Source: Neoechinorhynchus agilis (lineage: Eukaryota; Animalia; Acanthocephala). From it: 64,000 nt of DNA. Location of the stretch: NCBI GenBank assembly GCA_051530055.1, contig CM121341.1:11820784-11884783 (forward strand), given 5' to 3'. The notes beneath the pieces are model-generated. The model was not told the origin of the DNA. It saw only the letters and a list, made by a program, of their open reading frames with translations, and ran no database searches. Positions 10,280 through 23,132 of this stretch are shown one piece after another. Both the position numbers and the translations under genes were made by a program. Position 1 is the stretch's first letter. Every line of letters starts with the position of its first letter.

Positions 10280-11190
10280 GTCATTGAGATGTTTTCCAAG
10301 GGTCGGTCTTATATTATCCATTAAGATTAGAATTCGTCGACCAATCATCATTTCGGCTTGGCATTTCTGTGTAAGCGTTTTTCGGTGTACTCCTATAACA
10401 AATCAGGAAATTTTGCAGGCTGAGGTTCTCCGGGTTTCGCTCCCTTTTAAAAGTTGCCACAAATCTCTCCGCTAGTCCTTTTGTCTTTAGATGATAGAGT
10501 GAACATCGGTAATACATGATTCCATTTGCTTTGCAAAAAGACTTTGAGTTCGTTCGAGATAAATTGAGGTCCGTTATCCGACACAATTCTCTTAGGAATT
10601 CCAAACTTTGCAAATGTTATTCGCAAGTACATGATAGTAGTTTGTGCCGTTAAACTTAGTTTTGGCCAAACCTCATGCCACTTCGAAAATGCGTCCATCG
10701 CTCCGGCAAATCAACAGTTCCATTCATCGGCATCCGAGATAACACATCAGCGTAACAGTTATCGGTACCAGCGATATGTTTCACTTCGTAGTCAACCGAA
10801 TCGCCCATCTTATTAATATTGAGTTCGCCACCTTCCTTTGATTTCCCTCGTATTCGAAAATGTATTGAAGAGGATTGTGATAATTATATTACTGAAACTT
10901 TCTTCCAAACGGTAGTGAGCACCCTTGAGGCAAAACACACCGGTTGTAGCTATCTGTCGTCATCCACTTGGAAAAGAATCGCACGTATTTCTGACTCGCT
11001 AGCATCACAATTTATTGCTATCTCGAAGTCTTGATTGTAAGAAGCCAATCCTCGTGGTCTTCTAAGTGCATCCTTAACCTTTCTGAAAGCGCCCTGATGT
11101 TCTCAGTTTCATTCCCATTTACTGCCTTTCTTGCTTAATTCGTATAGTGCGTTGCAACATCGTTGAAACTGGAAATTAGCTATATAACCG
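10280..11190 (-). mobile_element. Gypsy-type pol remnant (RT connection, RNase H, integrase core) with deletions and frameshifts
   Basis: LYELSKKGSKW..AFRKVKDAL, INCDAS, PVCFASRVLT, DAFSKW, FGIPKRIVSDNGPQF, GLAERFV..FK, FL..YRSTP. Confidence 0.85.
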
Positions 11191-11530
11191 ATCACATGAA
11201 AGTTTTAGAATGAATTCCGACAATTCCCCTGAAGATTACGACGTCCCGGAAGCAATTGCTGATTACTTACTTGGCCTAATACGATACTTATCGGAAAACT
11301 TTGTAATGGACGCTGGAGTTGATATTAATAACATAGCGCTCGAATATGCAGTTTCTAGCGTCACAGGTGGAGATTATAGTTTTGGAATTGAACCAGATCA
11401 TGGAAATGTGACTCGGCGTGCATACATGGAGAGTTCGATAGAAGAAGAAGACGAAGACACCGGCAGTGATCCTATCTTTGAAAAGACTGAAGAGCAGCGG
11501 GCAGGTATCAGAACGAAACTCCGGGCATTT

Positions 11531-11695
11531 CATTTATTTGTTGATAGGAGAGATAAATGAAATTAAGATTTTAACGTCGTAAACACTTGCAAACAATCGC
11601 TGAAGAAGATCCGAGATAGTGGATCGAAATATCCTATAAAATCTTAATTTCATTTATCTCTCCTATCAACAAATAACAATGAATTATCGTTTCAA
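11531..11695 (+). mobile_element. Fold-back insertion in PKA-R: perfect 40-bp inverted repeat (11534-11573 / 11637-11676) around a hammerhead
   Basis: CATTT is duplicated at 11526-11530 and 11696-11700; removing 11531-11700 restores the frame RTKLRAF|YLYENLRVEQLEQIIDAL. Confidence 0.8.
11597..11637 (+). ncRNA. Minimal hammerhead ribozyme motif with a canonical core
   Basis: CUGAAGA-A-GAUCC-gagauagu-GGAUC-GAAA-UA-UC; predicted cleavage after C11633; stem I has 3 of 4 pairs. Confidence 0.8.
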
Positions 11696-12519
11696 CATTT
11701 TATTTATATGAGAACCTTAGAGTCGAGCAGTTGGAACAAATTATTGATGCTCTTGAACCGCTAAGTGTAAAGGCAGGTGCTGTACTCATTAAGCAAGGTG
11801 AAAAAAGTGATAGTTTTTACGTTATTGAAAACGGGAAGTTCCAATTTGTAGCAAATGGTAGTATGGTGTATAAATTTATAAACACTGGATGTTTTGGAGA
11901 ATTAGCTCTGGTTTTCAATACTCCTAGAAATGCAACAATAAAGGCAGAAACCGATGGGATGCTTTGGACGATTGACCGAAGAGCTTCTATTCCTTTATTT
12001 AACGGCATTGATCTTAACAGCAAAATTTACTTACTGAATTCGGTTAAACAGGAGATCCACGAGGACGGTGATTGCATTTTTAGGCAATGGAAGGATGCGG
12101 ATTGTATGTATTTTGTGGAAGATGGAATCGTGAGAATCGAAATGGAATCAAATGGTCTTGTGGAAACTGTCAATTAAATCAAAAAAGGAGATTACTTTGG
12201 CGAATTGGCATTGATCGACAACAAACCAAGAGCAGCTTCAGCCTTCGCGGTTGGTAAGACAAGAGTAGGAGTAATGACGGCTGATAAGTTTAAGGAGTAC
12301 ATGGAACCGATGCTGGATACCTTGGAGGAAAACAAAAAGAAGTATTATGAGCAGGTCAAAACTGTGTTTGGTGATTAAGTAAATGTCCACATTATTTCAT
12401 TAAATATTGATATTTTGTCATTGTCAATGATCGAAAATACGAGCATTACGTTTTTAATTTCACGTTTGCGGCGCTAACAATTAAAATAACGAAAATACAA
12501 GTTTAAATTGTTTTTTTCA

Positions 12520-15170
12520 GATCTTAAGACGACAAGATGCCGACGTAGTCATCTTAACAGAAACGCGGTTATCCCCCTTCAACAGCAATTCAGCAATCCT
12601 TCCCGAGTACTCTTCCTTCCATACGTACCGCGATGACCGTTCAGGAGAGGGATCTCAATTGACGTACGGCAATCGCTGCTTTGCTCTTTATCTCCCAGAC
12701 TGTCTTCAAAACCCCGATTTAGAATTCACCTTTGACCTGAGTCCCCCTTGCTCCAAATTGACTCTATGATGGAGCTCATAAACCCCACAAATTCACACCA
12801 CTTCTTGATTGCAGGAGACTTCAATAATTTATTTCCCTTTCTACCCTTCTCCGAGTTACGTAAACTTATTGAGTTCCCAACTCGTCTTGACGCTCAACTC
12901 GGCATTGTTTACCAATATCGACGCCTACTCATCCGCCTCTAAACTCCCTCCCCCCCCCGCGAACTCTGACAATTCTTCTGCCCTTATCACTCCACCTACC
13001 CCACCCTAGCGTATAAAATTTCCCCATTTACCCGTCTGGGAAACGTGATCATCACACCCAAAATTACACAAATAACCCTCCCTTGGTCATGTCCTCCCAA
13101 TCCTCAATCATAAAAATTCCCTAACTTCGGCAATTCCAAAGAAATTCATTAAGATCTCCAACCGCGACCCTCCATGGATAACCCCCATTCTGAAACTTCT
13201 ACAAAGGCAGGCTTCTAAGGCCCATCGCAATAGCTTCCTAGACTCTCCCCGTTTACAAAAAGCACCTACGAACAAAATACTTATCGCCCGTAAAAACTTC
13301 TTTTCCTCTAAAATTCGATTAGGTGCCAATTCATCATGACGCGATCCGGATCCTTTCCCTAATTTGTCCTCCACTGAATTAAAACAGGTTCTAGATTCCA
13401 TTAATCAGAACCTCTGCCGTGACTCAATTTACAATCACTGCTCAACATCAGCCTTCACACAATCTTACACGCCCACACCTGAAACTTTTGTCAACTCACC
13501 GATACTGCCCTCAGTTTCGTCATACGAAGTACTAAAGTATTTCATGAAACCACTTTCCTCTCAATCCGAAATCCCAAACTGGTTTCTTCGCCGCATCATC
13601 CACAAACTCATCTACCCTCTTACTCACATTATAAACCTCATCTTTTTGTGTGGCATCTACCCCTTTTGTCTGAAAACTGCAGAAGTTATACTTGTTCCAA
13701 AATAGGGCATCCTATTTCGGCCGAATAATCCCGTCCAATTTCCATTCTACCCGCTCTTTCAAAAATTATCAAAAAGTGCTTTAAATCTCGCCTTCTTTCA
13801 CTTCTTCGCGAAAAGTTATCGCCCCTACAATTTGGTTTCCGACCCAGATTTTCTGCAACCGATGCCCTACTTTCCATTTATGACAAGCTTCTACGTAAAC
13901 TCGACAATCATCCCTCCCATGTCACCCGTCTCATTCAACTTGATTTATCTAAAGCCTTCGACTCAGTGGACCATTCACTCCTCCGAGCCTGCTCCGATTT
14001 TGGTCTCAATTTGTGGCAGATCCGCTGGCTCGAATCTTATCCTCACAATCGCAAACAATACATTCACTGCCGTTCTACCTCTTCTATCAGCCTATCTACC
14101 TCAAGGTGCTGTTCTGTCACCACCTCTCTTTAATATTTTTCTAAACAACCTCAAACATCTCTCCTCTCACTCTAAACTCTTCTTATACGCCGACGATGTC
14201 ACCCTCATCATCCATTCACCACCCCACCTCTCCCTTTCTTTAACCTCTAAAGAAATCACACACATAAAAGATTTCTGCACCAATCACAAAATCCACCTGA
14301 ATTTCTCTAAATGCTTCGAAATGATCCCCTCATTGTTACGCAACCTCGCATCCTCTGCCGAGCTTCTAAATGACATCCTACGAGTAACCTACCTTAGAAT
14401 TCTGGGTATCCAATTTCTATCAAATTTGAAATCGGACTTGCACATAACTCTCTCCCTCCAAGCACAGCACTTTTAAAACTTATCTCCTCAAACGCCTCCG
14501 ACATTTAGGAATTCCTTCACCCAACCTCTACAAATTTTGCTTCTGCTTTATCTTACCATCCGTCATTTACGGTTACCCCCTATTTTGCAAGCTTTCCAAA
14601 TCGCTAATCCGCCGTCTTGAAATTCTTCACAAAAGAGCATCTAAAATTTGCACAATTGACTTTCCCCCTCTGACCTAATACCTTGATGCTATTTTCATAA
14701 AATAATGAAAATGCTTCGCAGCCCGACCACCACAATTTCTTCCACATATCGCTCCCTTTTCACACGAGCACAACACTCGTAATCCTAATTCGTTTCACCC
14801 TCCTATAACTCGCAGCTCACTATATCTGCGCTCCTTTTTCCATGCTGGCCAATCTTCTATGATATCATGACCTGAAATGATTCTGAGGAAAGAGCAACCT
14901 TACAAGCGCTCCTGCAAGCAATAAACATTAATTCCCACTAGAACGGACCTTCCCACCCAACCGGATATTCTCAAACGTACGGACACATCCTCACCCGAAC
15001 GAACCGTCCCCGACTGGATAGTTCCCACCCGAGTAGGCATCCCTCCGACCAGATATTACCACCCGAACGGGCATATCTCGACTGCATATTCCCATATTAA
15101 CGGATGATGACCCAAAGGTACATGGGTCCTCCTAAACCTTTCTCTGTATGCAATAAACGTGTTATATATA
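12520..15170 (+). mobile_element. APE-RT non-LTR retrotransposon (LINE family C), frameshifted, with 3' UTR
   Basis: DADVVILTET and LIAGDFN (APE); LPQGAVLSPPLFNIF, FLYADD and YLRILG (RT); the 3' UTR has CCCACCCGA-type repeats and AATAAA. Confidence 0.85.
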
Positions 15171-16509
15171 AATAGAAGAGCGACCGAGATTATAGCTCGA
15201 GGAGAACCGAATTAATGAATTTAAGACAGTGCCTTCCCTGGAGGTGCTCAGCTATAGAGTAAATATGAAGAACTCGAGAAGGATATTTTCTAAATTCCAC
15301 GAATATATAAAAATTGCGGAGTTGCATGCAAAATCTTATAAAGATATACTTTAAATCGCAGCTCAAAATAAATGAATTCAAAAGTCGTTATTTCATTATA
15401 TACATGCGGATTTGTCACTTAAAAGAATTCGCCAAAATTTCAAAAAGGAAATACAACCTAAAACAGTATTTTTAAATAATGCTACATCGTTCCACAATAT
15501 TTGTCCCATTTGATGCATAAATTACATTCCATAATACTTGTCAAATAAGATCAAACTTTTCTTTGCTTGCGTTATACTGAGTTTCAAAAGTAATAGATTG
15601 TTGAAAATGGTTATTCAAGGCTTTCTAGTTAGCTTTGGCACCTAAAAGTAAGTGGTTGTTAACAGGTGAACAAAAAATGCCTATTTTTACACTGTTGTAA
15701 GCAATTTTTACATCGTTTTTCAGCTCGATTAGCTGAGAATTTTACACTTTGAGGAATCCGTGAGCATTTTTTTTATTAATTGCACAGTGAATACGGTTGT
15801 TGATTGTGGAGTGGATCACGGGTTCGGTTTGGTGGAAAATTGTGGTTATTCTTGTAAGGTTTCATATTTCCTCCTTCTCATTTCGATTGATGCTATGGAA
15901 AAATGGGGGCAGGTTGGGAGATGATGAAATGAATAGGTATTAGGATTGTTTTGCTCATGTGAAAAAGGAACAACTTTAGAGTTCCTGTTTAAAGGCACTG
16001 ATGGTTCCTCCGCCGATGAAAATGGCGAATTATTCGTCTTAATTGTTGAGTTTCGCGAATAAACACAAACTCTGATGTTTCCCTGTTGATTCCGTAAACT
16101 TGTTATCTACTTCGTTTTTATGATAAAAGCATAAATCCAGGAAAGTCAACAATTAATCATACTTTTCCTTAACTTTTGTCCAAAAATGCGATTCCGAATT
16201 TCGCTTTCTCAGTTCTTAGCATAGATTGTCAATCGTTTTTAATTTTAAGCGATCGAAACCATTTGCGATAATTTGGATAACTCTACAATTATTATCATAG
16301 AAAAATAAATGCTAATTATTGGGTTTTTTGAAAAGAATTAGTATTAATGAAAAATTGGATCTCAAGGCTGATAAGAAAAACGATTTAAACAATCCATCTT
16401 TTCAAAAATAATGATTCCGCTTCCTAAGTTTTCTTTCCATTCATTATCCATTTTCCTTTGCCGACTATAAAATCTAAATAACTAAAATGCGACAATAAGA
16501 ATCGTCGAA

Positions 16510-17236
16510 AACTTTCATGATAAATATAGTCACATTTCAGTACAACGCTCACTTTTCCCACATAGAAAAGATTTCTTTGCGTTCGAATATTCAAATGCAC
16601 TCTAAGATCCCGTTTACATCGGTCCATGCCACTGATCCTCAACGGTAAACCAACGTTTAGGATCAATGACTTACATTCATGCTTGGATCAAAGAGGCTCT
16701 CCTTTAATACTTCAAAAGTTATAACTCGTTCTTGAAACGGTTCCGTTGTGTGCTCGGTTAATGGAATCATTGGCAAAGATTGGCATATCACGAATGCCAG
16801 TTGAACTACAACCATCGTCTTCATTTGTCTGTTTAAACGGAAATCTCGTATCTTCAACTCATAAAATCCAAAAATGACTCACTAAAAGAGTGAATTTGTT
16901 CAGTGAGTTGGTAACTTTTCTTTAGCGATCTTTTTGGACCGTAAATGAATTCGAAGATCTGCGAGAATTACATTAAAATGAACATTAACTAAAGTTTTGC
17001 CCATTCAGGCGGTTAGATACTTTTTATTGCTCGCACATCCTTCACGTCAAAATCTTTTCTCAGTAATAATAGCTTCTGAAGTTCAAACTTTGTGAAACTT
17101 ACGCGGGCTTCAGATTCACCTTTTAAGGCAAATTCGTCCTGTTCACTAAGCAATGTTTGGCATTCCATGAGCGTTTCTGAGCTAAGGACATTGGTTATCT
17201 TTAAGAGTCTTCTAAATCGTTCCCTCGCTCTAAATC
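16510..17236. repeat. Inverted copy of 39314-40040, containing the COG4 3' CDS fragment (17013-17236, minus)
   Basis: 727-bp near-identity with the reverse complement; COG4 is truncated here. Confidence 0.95.
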
Positions 17237-20200
17237 TAAAATTTTTTGCGGATTCATTTTGTGGACAATACGAAATATAGATTACAGCTCATCTTTCGGA
17301 TATCAAATATGTTTCTTGTTCACGGGAGCAATCAAATTGCGTGTACTAGTCATGAGATTAGTGCGGATTTGGGAAAAAAAGCGAGCTTGCTTAACTTATA
17401 TGAAAAATTGAGGATTGCATTTGGGTGTGGTAAGATATGTTGTTATTTCGGTCGCTTGTCGAAACCCGAGATGGATCGTTAAAATCGAATTAATATATTT
17501 CGATTGATTTAATAAGTCATTATTAATTCAATTGCTTGACCTAAATAACAACAAATATATGAAAACCCCTTTAATTTCGAGTATGGCGGCGGATTCCGCA
17601 ATAATCACTGAAATCATTTTAGCTTTATCTTGAGTATAGGTTGAGCACTTACGGATTTTTAAATGCAATAAAACATTTTTAAGAATATAATCACCAAAGT
17701 TTGTATTTGAAAGATTTTCCCAGCCAAAAATAGCTTGATAGATATTATCCAGCGCTAGACGGGTTCTATGACTTTTAAAGAGACAATATAAGAAAATTCC
17801 CAGAAGCAGAATATCAAAGCAGATAAAACACAGTCGGACTATTCGATATCGAATAACTTTAACTGTCCATTTTTAATTTTTTAAATGGAAATGTCTTATA
17901 ATTTCATCAAGGGACCAGCGTTAGAAGAGATTTGAAGTATACTTTAAAATATCACGCCATTAGACACGAGCCTAATGATTTTAATTTAATCATTCTATTG
18001 GGAAAACAATGATATTTATTGAACTATTCTGATATTAGTTAACAAAGCCATTGCAACACAAATGAATCAAATATCGATTCATGGAGCCAATCTTGTATAT
18101 GAATATCCCACAACAAAGCGTAATCATGAATATTAATTAAAAATATTATAACAAATTAGTCTGTGTATCTAAAATTTCAGTTTGTTAGTGCCAAACATTA
18201 AAAGATCATAATGCTACATCCCCCTTTTTATTCATAATCTGCACTAAAAAAATTTCCAAGATCTATTCTTCGAAAAGCTTTGATCTCTAATTCCTGGTGA
18301 AGAAACATCCAAATATAAAAAGCTTGACATTCAAACACATTTCCCCGGAGTACAAAATTGACAATGGTCGTTAGCACAAATATATAACAAAAAGTTGCAG
18401 TTATGTTGATCATAGTCCCGGATAAAAAATATTTTAGTGTTTGAAAGCTCCTATTATCCAGAAATTCTGAGTTTTTGGTTACACTTGATTTGAGCCAATA
18501 AAAAAATAAAATTTGCGACCATTTTATTTATTTTCAAGATTCGAGCCAATAAGAAAATAAAATTTGCAAAAATTCAATTTCAAAAATGGCGTAATTTATT
18601 GAAAGCAGGAGTTTTGAAGGAGTTTGAAACATTGGTCCAAAATAAACAATTCGTACCAATCCCGTAAAATGCTGAAATAACGACAACCCACCAACCTAAA
18701 CGTGAATGACTACCTTTCAAAAGTCCATCAGAAGAGAACGCATAAGAATTAACTTAATCGCAAACCAGAGCGTTTGGACCAAATCCAATAGAATGTGACG
18801 AAATGATTGAAGTTCATAAAGAATTAACGGGAAGAATCCAAAACGGTTACATGCTTTAAAAGTCGCATTAAGGTCAGAAAAAAGGATTTGATGGGTTTCC
18901 TTAATGCTTCCACTAAGGTGAGAGGTTCCACAAAGTTCAGCTGCGCGAATGTGTCAGTTTAAGTGGCCAGAAATCGAACCTCCTGTCATCAATGTAATCC
19001 CAAAGGGAGTTTCAAATTTTGTAATCTAAAACTCTCATTTTACTTTTTATGAATACTAGACGTTCTCATTAAACCGATAATACGGTTGTGATGGAATCCA
19101 GAATGATAAGCAAGTCAATTGTCCTAATCGAACTTTTAGACCGAATTGCAAAAAAAAATCGATAAATTTCCGTTAAAGAAACTTATTTTACTTAAAAAAA
19201 CATTCGATACTCGGGATCGCTTGTTATTGCTATTCTTATAGGACATTCAGACTGACCAGTGATTATTTGTCTTCCTTAAAAGCCCTTATAAGCAAGTCCT
19301 TCAACGAATACTGCTGCCGGGAAATCGATCAATTTCGACATGATTGGTGGAATTGCGGCATCACGATTGGCCTCCTTAACCGGTAATGCAGCTCGTGCCA
19401 TAATTTATTTTGTCAATATATGCAATATCTTTCAAGAATCAAGTTAGACACAAAAAGTGGGGGGGGAGGGGTCTATGGATTTGGGTGCGGCGAAATCTAT
19501 GTTAATCAACATGCTTCTGGATTTCTACTATCACACATCAAGTGCACAAAGGACAACAGAGACACATTTCGCAGTCGGCATTATCGAAGGAAGTAGTCTA
19601 TTGTGGAGCAGTCAAATAAATTCAAATGCAATTAAGGGAGCAGGCTCTATTGCAGTTTCAAAAAGGAATATCCTTGATTTCGTATAAAATCCGCCAAGCA
19701 CGTGTTCCGTTCTCTGCTAGTCTAGACCATACAGATTCATTTGGTTAACAGAGAAAATGGGAAATTCCCAAACGCTCCATCAACCAATGAGACGGTTATT
19801 GAGGACGGCAGCTGATTGAGCCGGGTAAGTCGCTTTTTTCCAAGAAAAATCGATTGTTCATGATTAGAAGAGGTACGAATGTTCTGAAGCTCTTATGGAA
19901 CTTTGTGCTGTCAAATTCATAGAGTACAAGCACGTGAGGAATTTAGAGTTGGTAATTATCTTAAATGCAGACAGCAAATGATTACGGACTATGTGAAAGA
20001 GTCTTAAGTCACAGCACGTACGTGGATTTGCATATTTGCATTTCTGATAGACGTGAAATTGGATGCGCCATTGCTCCAACCGATAATCAAAACACCAAAA
20101 TAACGAGGGCATCTCTTTAATCATCTGGTGGTGCCAAAAGCGACGCATAAAGAGTTTTGTGGATATATCGAGAAAGGTTAGTTCCTCCATTAATGCTCTC

Positions 20201-20370
20201 GCACATTTTAAGACTTTAAAATGTGACTCTGTTTCATGAAACGAATTTCTCATGGGAAGGTCGTAACTTTTATCTACAAACCGAACGTCGAAAATATTAT
20301 CAATAGTGTCGATATGTTAGGAGGTACCGGGCTATATGATTAGAAGTGTTATTTCAAAGTCTGTACCGCG

Positions 20371-20448
20371 GTGTTTCCAACTTCTTCGAGTTCATTATCA
20401 GTTTGTTAGACTACGAAGTTCGAAACGTTTTTAATAAAAAAATTACCG
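20371..20448. repeat. Internally deleted HH-A palindrome remnant
   Basis: Minus: CUGAUAA-U-GAACU-cgaaga-AGUUG-GAAAC; plus half: aGUUCGAAACGUUUUU. Confidence 0.6.
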
Positions 20449-20640
20449 AATTTCGAATTAGGAATTAAAAAGGGATGTATAAAATTAAAAAACAATTTTT
20501 TTCAGAAAAACGACCGATAGCCACTCAGACCTATTTTCATAAAATTTAACATTTGCTAAAAATTATGTGGTACGAGAAATTGGATTAATTTTGTTTTAAA
20601 ATGTCGATATGTGAGCTGGTAGAAGTGTTATTTCAATATT

Positions 20641-20700
20641 CTGATGGTGAACCCAGCGTGGTTCGAAACCTTTTTAATCAAAAATTCTTTACCGGATGAA
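20641..20700 (+). repeat. Single HH-A arm with a degenerate hammerhead
   Basis: CUGAUGG-U-GAACC-cagcgu-GGUUC-GAAACC followed by ...tttaccgg, as in 9911-9970. Confidence 0.65.
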
Positions 20701-23132
20701 AAGCCAAATAACACTTCTAATTATTAAAAAACTTTATTCCGACACTCATGTAGAAAAAGACACTTATCATTGAACCAGCACGTGTTATCGTGATTTCGCT
20801 TTTGGCGCGGACGTGTGAGTTTTATGCGAAATGGGAATGCTCAAGACTTAGATAAAGAAATGCCATCACGTTCCGAGATGCCCATTATTTTCACGTCATG
20901 CTCAATCTACACACATAGAGAAAACTGAGATAAGAGCTACAGGTTGAAGTTGACAAATCTTCCTAACTTCCGTGATGGCTTGATACTTTTCCTTAACGAG
21001 AGAAAAAAGGAGCTTACACCAAGAAAGGATTCGCGAAAAAAGGTTTTCACGAACGTTCACAACTTCTTTAAAGCTCGCTAAAACCAGTAGGAATTCCTAA
21101 GAATATTCTTTGCATCTTTCACTTCTATATTCCGATTATTTTTTGAGGTGTTGATTTTAAGCCGTATATGGAGCCTAAAGTATAAATGTTGTTGCAAAAC
21201 TATTATGTACGATATGTTTGAGGTAATTTTTTCACTTAATGTGTACCTTCTTCTACAAAGCTTTCGCGTCAAGTGAGTCTTTCATTGTTTTCTGCCTCCC
21301 GAAACACATTATACCGGTTTCAAATTATATTTCAGTTCAATTCAGTTGATTAGCTTAGGCTAATTTAATCGAGTTCCTTTTAACTAAGCCCCCGGGGTCA
21401 TCAACTGTCGGTATAATTAGCCAAGCCGTACTTTAATTCCGACGCTCGTTTGACTAAATAAGTATCGCCTACAGGGTCATCCGGCACTAATTACTCATTG
21501 ACATTTCCTCTTTATTGTTAAATAAATTGAAGAACCTAATGGCAGTCATAGTCGGAAATTAATGAATAAAACGAATGAGACCCCAGGGAAGAAGATCGCA
21601 AGAAAATTATAGTTCATAAGGGCGTTCATTGTTGTGAACGAGATGCGTACATAGTAGCCTTTTTCAAGGTTTTTCGTTAAATGGGTATCCAAATAGTCTC
21701 TTTTGTTGCACAATGCTTCATTTTCTCACAAATCTCTACTGTTATTTGAAGCTCAAAAATATTGATTGGCATTACCAGAACCAAGTCGTAAACTTTTTAA
21801 ATACCACAAATTTAATAATTAAAGTCGTATTCCTAACTCCGCTCCCTTTATCAGTAAAATTTGCCTAATAGCAGCTATTAAGTCTTTTGGAACTCACACA
21901 TAAGTGCGTGTCTATCATCCAGCTCGGATCAGAAGGCGACTAATAATAATTCATCAAACATAATAAATCATCGATGCTCCTAACCATTGGGTAAGAATAG
22001 TGCTCTGTTGTTTATACGAAATTAATTTTGGCTAATCGCGAAATTAATATAGTCACCGCAGCCTCAACCGGCGACACTTTTAGAAACTTTCAAGCATTAC
22101 GACCGTGAAATTACCTTAAATGTCCGTATAAAACGCGTCATCTTAGGATTCACGTTTTTTGAGAATTCACATTGATAACCCATTGAAGTTGGCAAAGTTA
22201 TGAGCTCCTCGAATTTCTCTTTGCTGAAGGATCATGTCCTTTGGAGGTTGAATTTATCGGAAACAGATTGAAATCTTGCATGTGGACACAATCTCTTTCC
22301 TATCATTCCTTTCCGCCATTGATTTCGTGACCATTTATCTTATTAATGATCTCTATTTAAAGCTTAACAAGTGTTAAATCCTTATTTTAGGACAATACCT
22401 AGTTTTTGAAAGATAAGTATCAAGTATACAACTTCAATTTATGGGTTTCACCATCTTGGGCATAATGTAATATAATTGTTTGGTTGATGAATTTTTCCTG
22501 AAGTGAAATAAGATTACAAGAATCTAACCCGAATGCCGCCCTTCGTCGATCTTGATTTCAATGGGAAAATTCAGTCCTTAAGTTTTAAAATTCACCCATT
22601 AGTTACAATCGTTGAATCTCCTCGCCATTTATGACAACATCAATTATTACAAAAGCGGTTTTCTTTGCCACAATGATCAAAATCTTCTAGATGACTACGA
22701 TAATTTATCACTGATTTTGCCATTAAATATTTGCAGAACACTTTCATCGCTCTTATTAAATCCGCACTCCAAATCTAATTCGAGTACATCTAAACCGTTT
22801 TTAATCGTATGAAGTGGATATTAAGTAAAGAATAGACAAATCCATTTAGTACTGTTCTAGAGAGTGAGCGATTACATCAGACTACTAAGTCGTCAATGAA
22901 CGGCGGTCGATCATCAGCACTCTTATTTCCTGGCACCAGACAGCATTTCGCACGCTTGTCAACCAATCCATCACGGGTAAATGTTCTCTTTAAATTAGGT
23001 CGGCTTGTTTTTCATCAAGTCAATTTGATTACCGGTCCCATAGTGTTAGATTGTTGCATTAATTGGACGACTAGCGAGTGTCCGCCACCTCTCCAATCCT
23101 CAATTATAGATATCTCTGCGTTTGGCGTTTTT

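Larger units (their letters stand above)
11210..12378 (+). pseudogene. cAMP-dependent protein kinase regulatory subunit (RII-like), disrupted
   Basis: D/D-like N-terminus and two CNB domains (FGELALVFNTPRNAT; YFGELALIDNKPRAAS). In-frame TAA at 12175-12177, a 170-bp insertion at 11531-11700 and an apparently shortened inter-CNB helix. Confidence 0.8.

Noticed and set aside
18490-18570. Imperfect direct repeat gagccaataaRaaaataaaatttgc at about 51-bp spacing
   Set aside because: Only two AT-rich units; a local duplication with no further structure.
19200-20253. Protein-like minus-strand frames including ORF 19864-20253
   Set aside because: Several stops and no motif I could assign; probably a decayed element.
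21880-22330. Minus-strand MVRSIDDLLCL resembling a Penelope YIDD motif
   Set aside because: A single weak motif with no supporting RT blocks.
22896-23132. N-terminal extension of the PHF5A ORF in the ORF track
   Set aside because: PHF5A is a 110-aa protein starting MAKHHPD; the extension has no similarity and an acceptor-like AG lies just upstream of the ATG at 23133.
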